Assembly: GCF_900187275.1 (NCBI RefSeq)
Contig: NZ_LT906458.1
Span: forward strand, 720,001-752,000
Reading direction: 5' to 3'
Source of the DNA: Pasteurella multocida
GTDB lineage: Bacteria; Pseudomonadota; Gammaproteobacteria; Enterobacterales; Pasteurellaceae
Length of the DNA: 32,000 nt
This document shows, piece after piece, positions 28,880 to 32,000 of this stretch (position 1 is its first letter; each line of letters opens with the position of its first letter). Below the pieces are notes generated by a model. It was not told the DNA's origin, ran no database searches, and saw only the letters and a program-made list of their open reading frames with translations. The translations under genes and the position numbers were made by a program.

Positions 28880-29596
28880 ATGTGGTGGAACGCAAAATAT
28901 CCTAACGTCATGCACTTGCCGCACAGCTGGCAACAATTACAAAATGGCAGTTGTTATTGTAACGCACTTACCGACTATTTTTCGGCTTGGTATCCAAAAA
29001 TTTTAGGTCATCATGTTTTAAAACTTGGAGGATTAAGTGCTGAAATTCAAAGTGATTGTTTTTTGCATCATGCTATTTTACTTGCGCCCCATATCAGCCC
29101 ACCATTACAAAGCCTTGGCTTGCAAAAAAATACCAGTGTCATCCAAGCTAATTTGACTGAACTGCCTTTTATTGAACAATCAATTGATGCTTGTGTGTTG
29201 AGTAACACATTAAATTTCAGCCAAGACCCACACCAAATCTTACGTGAAGTTACGCGTGTTCTGCGTGAAGATGGCTATTTATTCTTGTCTCTTTTTAACC
29301 CCTTTAGTCCACTATTATTTAAACGCCATTTGCATGCTGTCCCTCATCCCCCATTGCCTGTTCGACACTATGTACCTTGGCGTATCTTAGATTGGCTAGC
29401 TTTACTTAATTTTGATATTTTAGATCAAAAACGCTTAGTCAGCTGGGATAAACATCGCTGCTTTCCACACTTAATTGCGATTGTGGCACGTAAACGGGTT
29501 TATCCATTAACCCTCAATCCACAAAAAGTGCACTTCAAAAAACACGAACTTCTCACCCCAGTTAGCGCATTCAAAACAAGACTACTACGTAAATAA
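28880..29596 (+). CDS. Putative class I SAM-dependent methyltransferase, YafS-like, divergent from gloB
   Basis: 238 aa. LTELPFIEQSIDACVLSNTLNFSQDPHQILREVTRVLREDGYLFLSLFNP (Methyltransf_11-like post-motifs). Confidence 0.78.
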   Translation: MWWNAKYPNVMHLPHSWQQLQNGSCYCNALTDYFSAWYPKILGHHVLKLGGLSAEIQSDCFLHHAILLAPHISPPLQSLGLQKNTSVIQANLTELPFIEQSIDACVLSNTLNFSQDPHQILREVTRVLREDGYLFLSLFNPFSPLLFKRHLHAVPHPPLPVRHYVPWRILDWLALLNFDILDQKRLVSWDKHRCFPHLIAIVARKRVYPLTLNPQKVHFKKHELLTPVSAFKTRLLRK

Positions 29597-29673
29597 GTGC
29601 AATTAAACTTGCGACAAGCCATAAACTCCCCTATTATGCCGAGCTTTAAAATCAGAAACATATCGAGATAAGC

Positions 29674-31434
29674 ATGTCTGAACAAACTTTTATTCTCGGC
29701 AAAGATGCCGCACTGGAAGACAGTATTCACAAATTTCAGCAAAAACTCACCGCACTTGGTTTCAATATTGAAGAAGCGTCTTGGCTCAATCCTGTACCGA
29801 ATGTATGGTCAGTACATATTCGTGATAAAGATTGCCCACAATGTTTTACTAATGGTAAAGGTGCGACGAAAAAAGCGGCGCTTGCCTCTGCATTAGGGGA
29901 ATATTTTGAACGCCTTTCCACCAACTATTTCTTCGCTGATTTTTATTTAGGACAGGATATCGCTAACAGTGATTTCGTGCATTATCCCAATGAAAAATGG
30001 TTTCCTATCGAAGATGAGAACTTATTGCCTAATGGGCTTTTAAATCAAGAATTGCTTGATTATTACGATCCACAACAAGAATTAACACCGCAATTATTAG
30101 TGGATTTGCAATCCAGTCATTACGATCGCGGCATTGTCGCCATGCCTTATGTACGTCAATCGGATCAAACAACAGTTTACATTCCACAAAGTATCATTGC
30201 TAACCTATACGTTTCCAATGGTATGTCTGCTGGAAACAGTAAATTTGAAGCACGAGTCCAAGGCTTATCGGAAGTTTTTGAACGCCATATTAAAAATAAA
30301 ATTATTGCTGAAGCAATCAGCCTGCCATTAATTCCTGCCGAAGTGATGGCTCGTTTCCCAACGATCCAAGCTGCTATTGCGAAATTAGAACAAGAAGGTT
30401 TCCCTATTTTAGCTTATGACGCGTCATTAGGCGGAAAATACCCCGTGATTTGTGTGATTTTACTCAATCCTAATAATGGTACCTGCTTTGCCTCTTTTGG
30501 TGCTCATCCTCGTTTTCAAGTAGCACTCGAAAGAACCGTTACCGAATTATTACAAGGGCGTAGCTTAAAAGATCTTGATGTGTTTACGCCACCTTCTTTC
30601 AATCATGAGGATGTAGCAGAACACGCCAATCTTGAAACACATTTTATTGATTCCAGTGGTCTTATTTCTTGGGATCTCTTTAAATCTGACGCAGATTATC
30701 CATTTGTTGACTGGGATTTTTCGGGGAGCACGGCTCAAGAATATGACAACTTGATGGCGATTTTCCAAGCAGAACAAAAAGAAGTTTATATCATGGATTA
30801 TAATCATTTAGATGTGTATGCCTGTCGAATTATTGTACCCGGCATGTCCGACATTTACCCTGTGGACGACTTAATTTATGCCAATAACAATATGGGCATG
30901 GATTGGCGAGAAATTTTGCTTGATTTACCGCACTTTCACCATGATCAACACACTTATCAAGAATTGTTAAGTGAGTTAGATGAACAAGGCATTGATGATG
31001 CGACTCGTGTGCGTGAATTTATTGGGATTGTCGCCCCCCCTAAATCGGGTTGGTCAACGTTGCGGATTGGTGAGTTAAAATCGATGTTGCATTTAGCCCT
31101 TGGTGAATTAGACGCTGCACTGGACTGGGCAAATTGGACATTAAATATGAACAGCTCTGTCTTCACTGCTGAGCGCGCTAACTATTATCGTTGCTTGATC
31201 AACAGTATTGAGCTATTCCTCGATAAATCTCGCCAACCTGAACAATACCGCATGGTATTTGAAAAAATGTACGGACAACGTGCAGTCGAAATAGCTTGGC
31301 AAGCCGTACAAGGCGGGAATCCGTTTTATGATCTCCTTGCTGATGATGAACATTTACACCAATTCCAAGCACACCAGAAACTGCTTCAGGCGTATGAAAA
31401 ATTACAAAAAGCCAAGCGTGAAAATTGGAAATAA
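29674..31434 (+). CDS. ycaO: YcaO-family protein (housekeeping E. coli YcaO type)
   Basis: 586 aa. ATKKAALASALGEYFERLSTNYFFADF; SNGMSAGNSKFEARVQGLSEVFERH; TPPSFNHEDVAEHANLETH. Confidence 0.92.
   Translation: MSEQTFILGKDAALEDSIHKFQQKLTALGFNIEEASWLNPVPNVWSVHIRDKDCPQCFTNGKGATKKAALASALGEYFERLSTNYFFADFYLGQDIANSDFVHYPNEKWFPIEDENLLPNGLLNQELLDYYDPQQELTPQLLVDLQSSHYDRGIVAMPYVRQSDQTTVYIPQSIIANLYVSNGMSAGNSKFEARVQGLSEVFERHIKNKIIAEAISLPLIPAEVMARFPTIQAAIAKLEQEGFPILAYDASLGGKYPVICVILLNPNNGTCFASFGAHPRFQVALERTVTELLQGRSLKDLDVFTPPSFNHEDVAEHANLETHFIDSSGLISWDLFKSDADYPFVDWDFSGSTAQEYDNLMAIFQAEQKEVYIMDYNHLDVYACRIIVPGMSDIYPVDDLIYANNNMGMDWREILLDLPHFHHDQHTYQELLSELDEQGIDDATRVREFIGIVAPPKSGWSTLRIGELKSMLHLALGELDAALDWANWTLNMNSSVFTAERANYYRCLINSIELFLDKSRQPEQYRMVFEKMYGQRAVEIAWQAVQGGNPFYDLLADDEHLHQFQAHQKLLQAYEKLQKAKRENWK
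29749..29757 (-). repeat. DNA uptake signal AAGTGCGGT
   Basis: ACCGCACTT on + inside ycaO, encoding part of LTALG. Confidence 0.85.
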
Positions 31435-31444
31435 GATGAAAACG

Positions 31445-31473
31445 AAGGATGTCAGACCTGACATCCTTTTTCA
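31445..31473 (+). terminator. Terminator downstream of ycaO
   Basis: AAGGATGTCA ... TGACATCCTTTTT. Confidence 0.9.
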
Positions 31474-31554
31474 TTTGTGATCTAGTGCAAAGAAATCTTT
31501 TTCATTTCATGTTATTTTGATAACGATACTTTATCTGATAATAGGAGTTTTCTT

Positions 31555-31968
31555 ATGCAAAATTGGACAACTGAAATGTGGCAAGCAGCGGGTATTGGCT
31601 TAGTTATTGGGTTGATCCTAGGTTACTTATTCTTACGTCTTACTAAAGGTTCGGTGAAAAAACAACTTCAAACGGAAACTGAATTACAGAAAGTCAAAAA
31701 TCAATTAGATAACCAAAAACAACAGCTTGAAAAACACTTTTCAGAAAGTGCCGAACTTTTGAAAAACATTGCCCAAGATTATCAAAAGCTGTATAAGCAT
31801 TTAGCAACCTCCTCAACGACATTATTGCCAGAATTAACCAATAATCCGTTATTCTCATCACATTTAATTACGACTGAACATGTGGATAAACATGACCAGC
31901 AAAATAAAGATGAACAACCTAGAGATTATTCTGAAGGTTCATCTGGTTTACTAAAAAACGATAAATAG
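31555..31968 (+). CDS. zapG: YhcB/ZapG family (DUF1043) cell division / envelope protein
   Basis: MWQAAGIGLVIGLILGYLFLRLTKG N-terminal TM anchor followed by a coiled coil. Confidence 0.85.
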   Translation: MQNWTTEMWQAAGIGLVIGLILGYLFLRLTKGSVKKQLQTETELQKVKNQLDNQKQQLEKHFSESAELLKNIAQDYQKLYKHLATSSTTLLPELTNNPLFSSHLITTEHVDKHDQQNKDEQPRDYSEGSSGLLKNDK

Positions 31969-31979
31969 TCTATAAAATC

Positions 31980-32000
31980 TACCAAGTCGCCTACTTGGTA
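31980..32000 (+). terminator. Terminator stem downstream of zapG, cut by window end
   Basis: ACCAAGT-CGCCT-ACTTGGT at the window edge. Confidence 0.5.

Noticed and set aside
29674-31434. YcaO gene as a possible RiPP (thiazole/oxazole-modified peptide) biosynthesis locus
   Set aside because: Length (586 aa) and sequence match the housekeeping E. coli YcaO type, and no precursor peptide, dehydrogenase, protease or exporter genes lie nearby.

Overview
This 32 kb window reads as an ordinary chromosomal segment from a Pasteurellaceae bacterium, probably Pasteurella or a close relative. I base that on ten exact copies of the Hin-type DNA uptake signal AAGTGCGGT (either strand), AT-rich composition, and typical gene content: cysB, rluB, yciO, sialidase autotransporter, aroF-type DAHP synthase plus tyrA, tandem ferritins, fnr-uspE, cybC, sppA, ydjA, nagK, pgpB, ribA, prlC, a tRNA Met-Leu-Gln cluster, nagC, hemA, gloB, ycaO and zapG. 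I see no CRISPR array, IS element, prophage, toxin-antitoxin or restriction module, or any evident new multi-gene system. The items most worth a second look are: (1) an Nramp-fold transporter whose TM1 and TM6 metal-binding motifs are substituted; (2) a kinase-like protein with HGR in place of HGD, translationally coupled to an unlisted 44-aa Gly-rich lipoprotein; (3) tandem TyrR-like boxes 23 bp apart upstream of an aroF-tyrA operon; (4) an unlisted 33-aa single-TM protein between ftnB and fnr; (5) a sialidase fused to a beta-barrel through a helical linker; (6) uptake signals embedded in coding frames, often as Ser-Ala-Val, and in a terminator stem. All family assignments come from recognising protein motifs by eye. 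No database searches were run.
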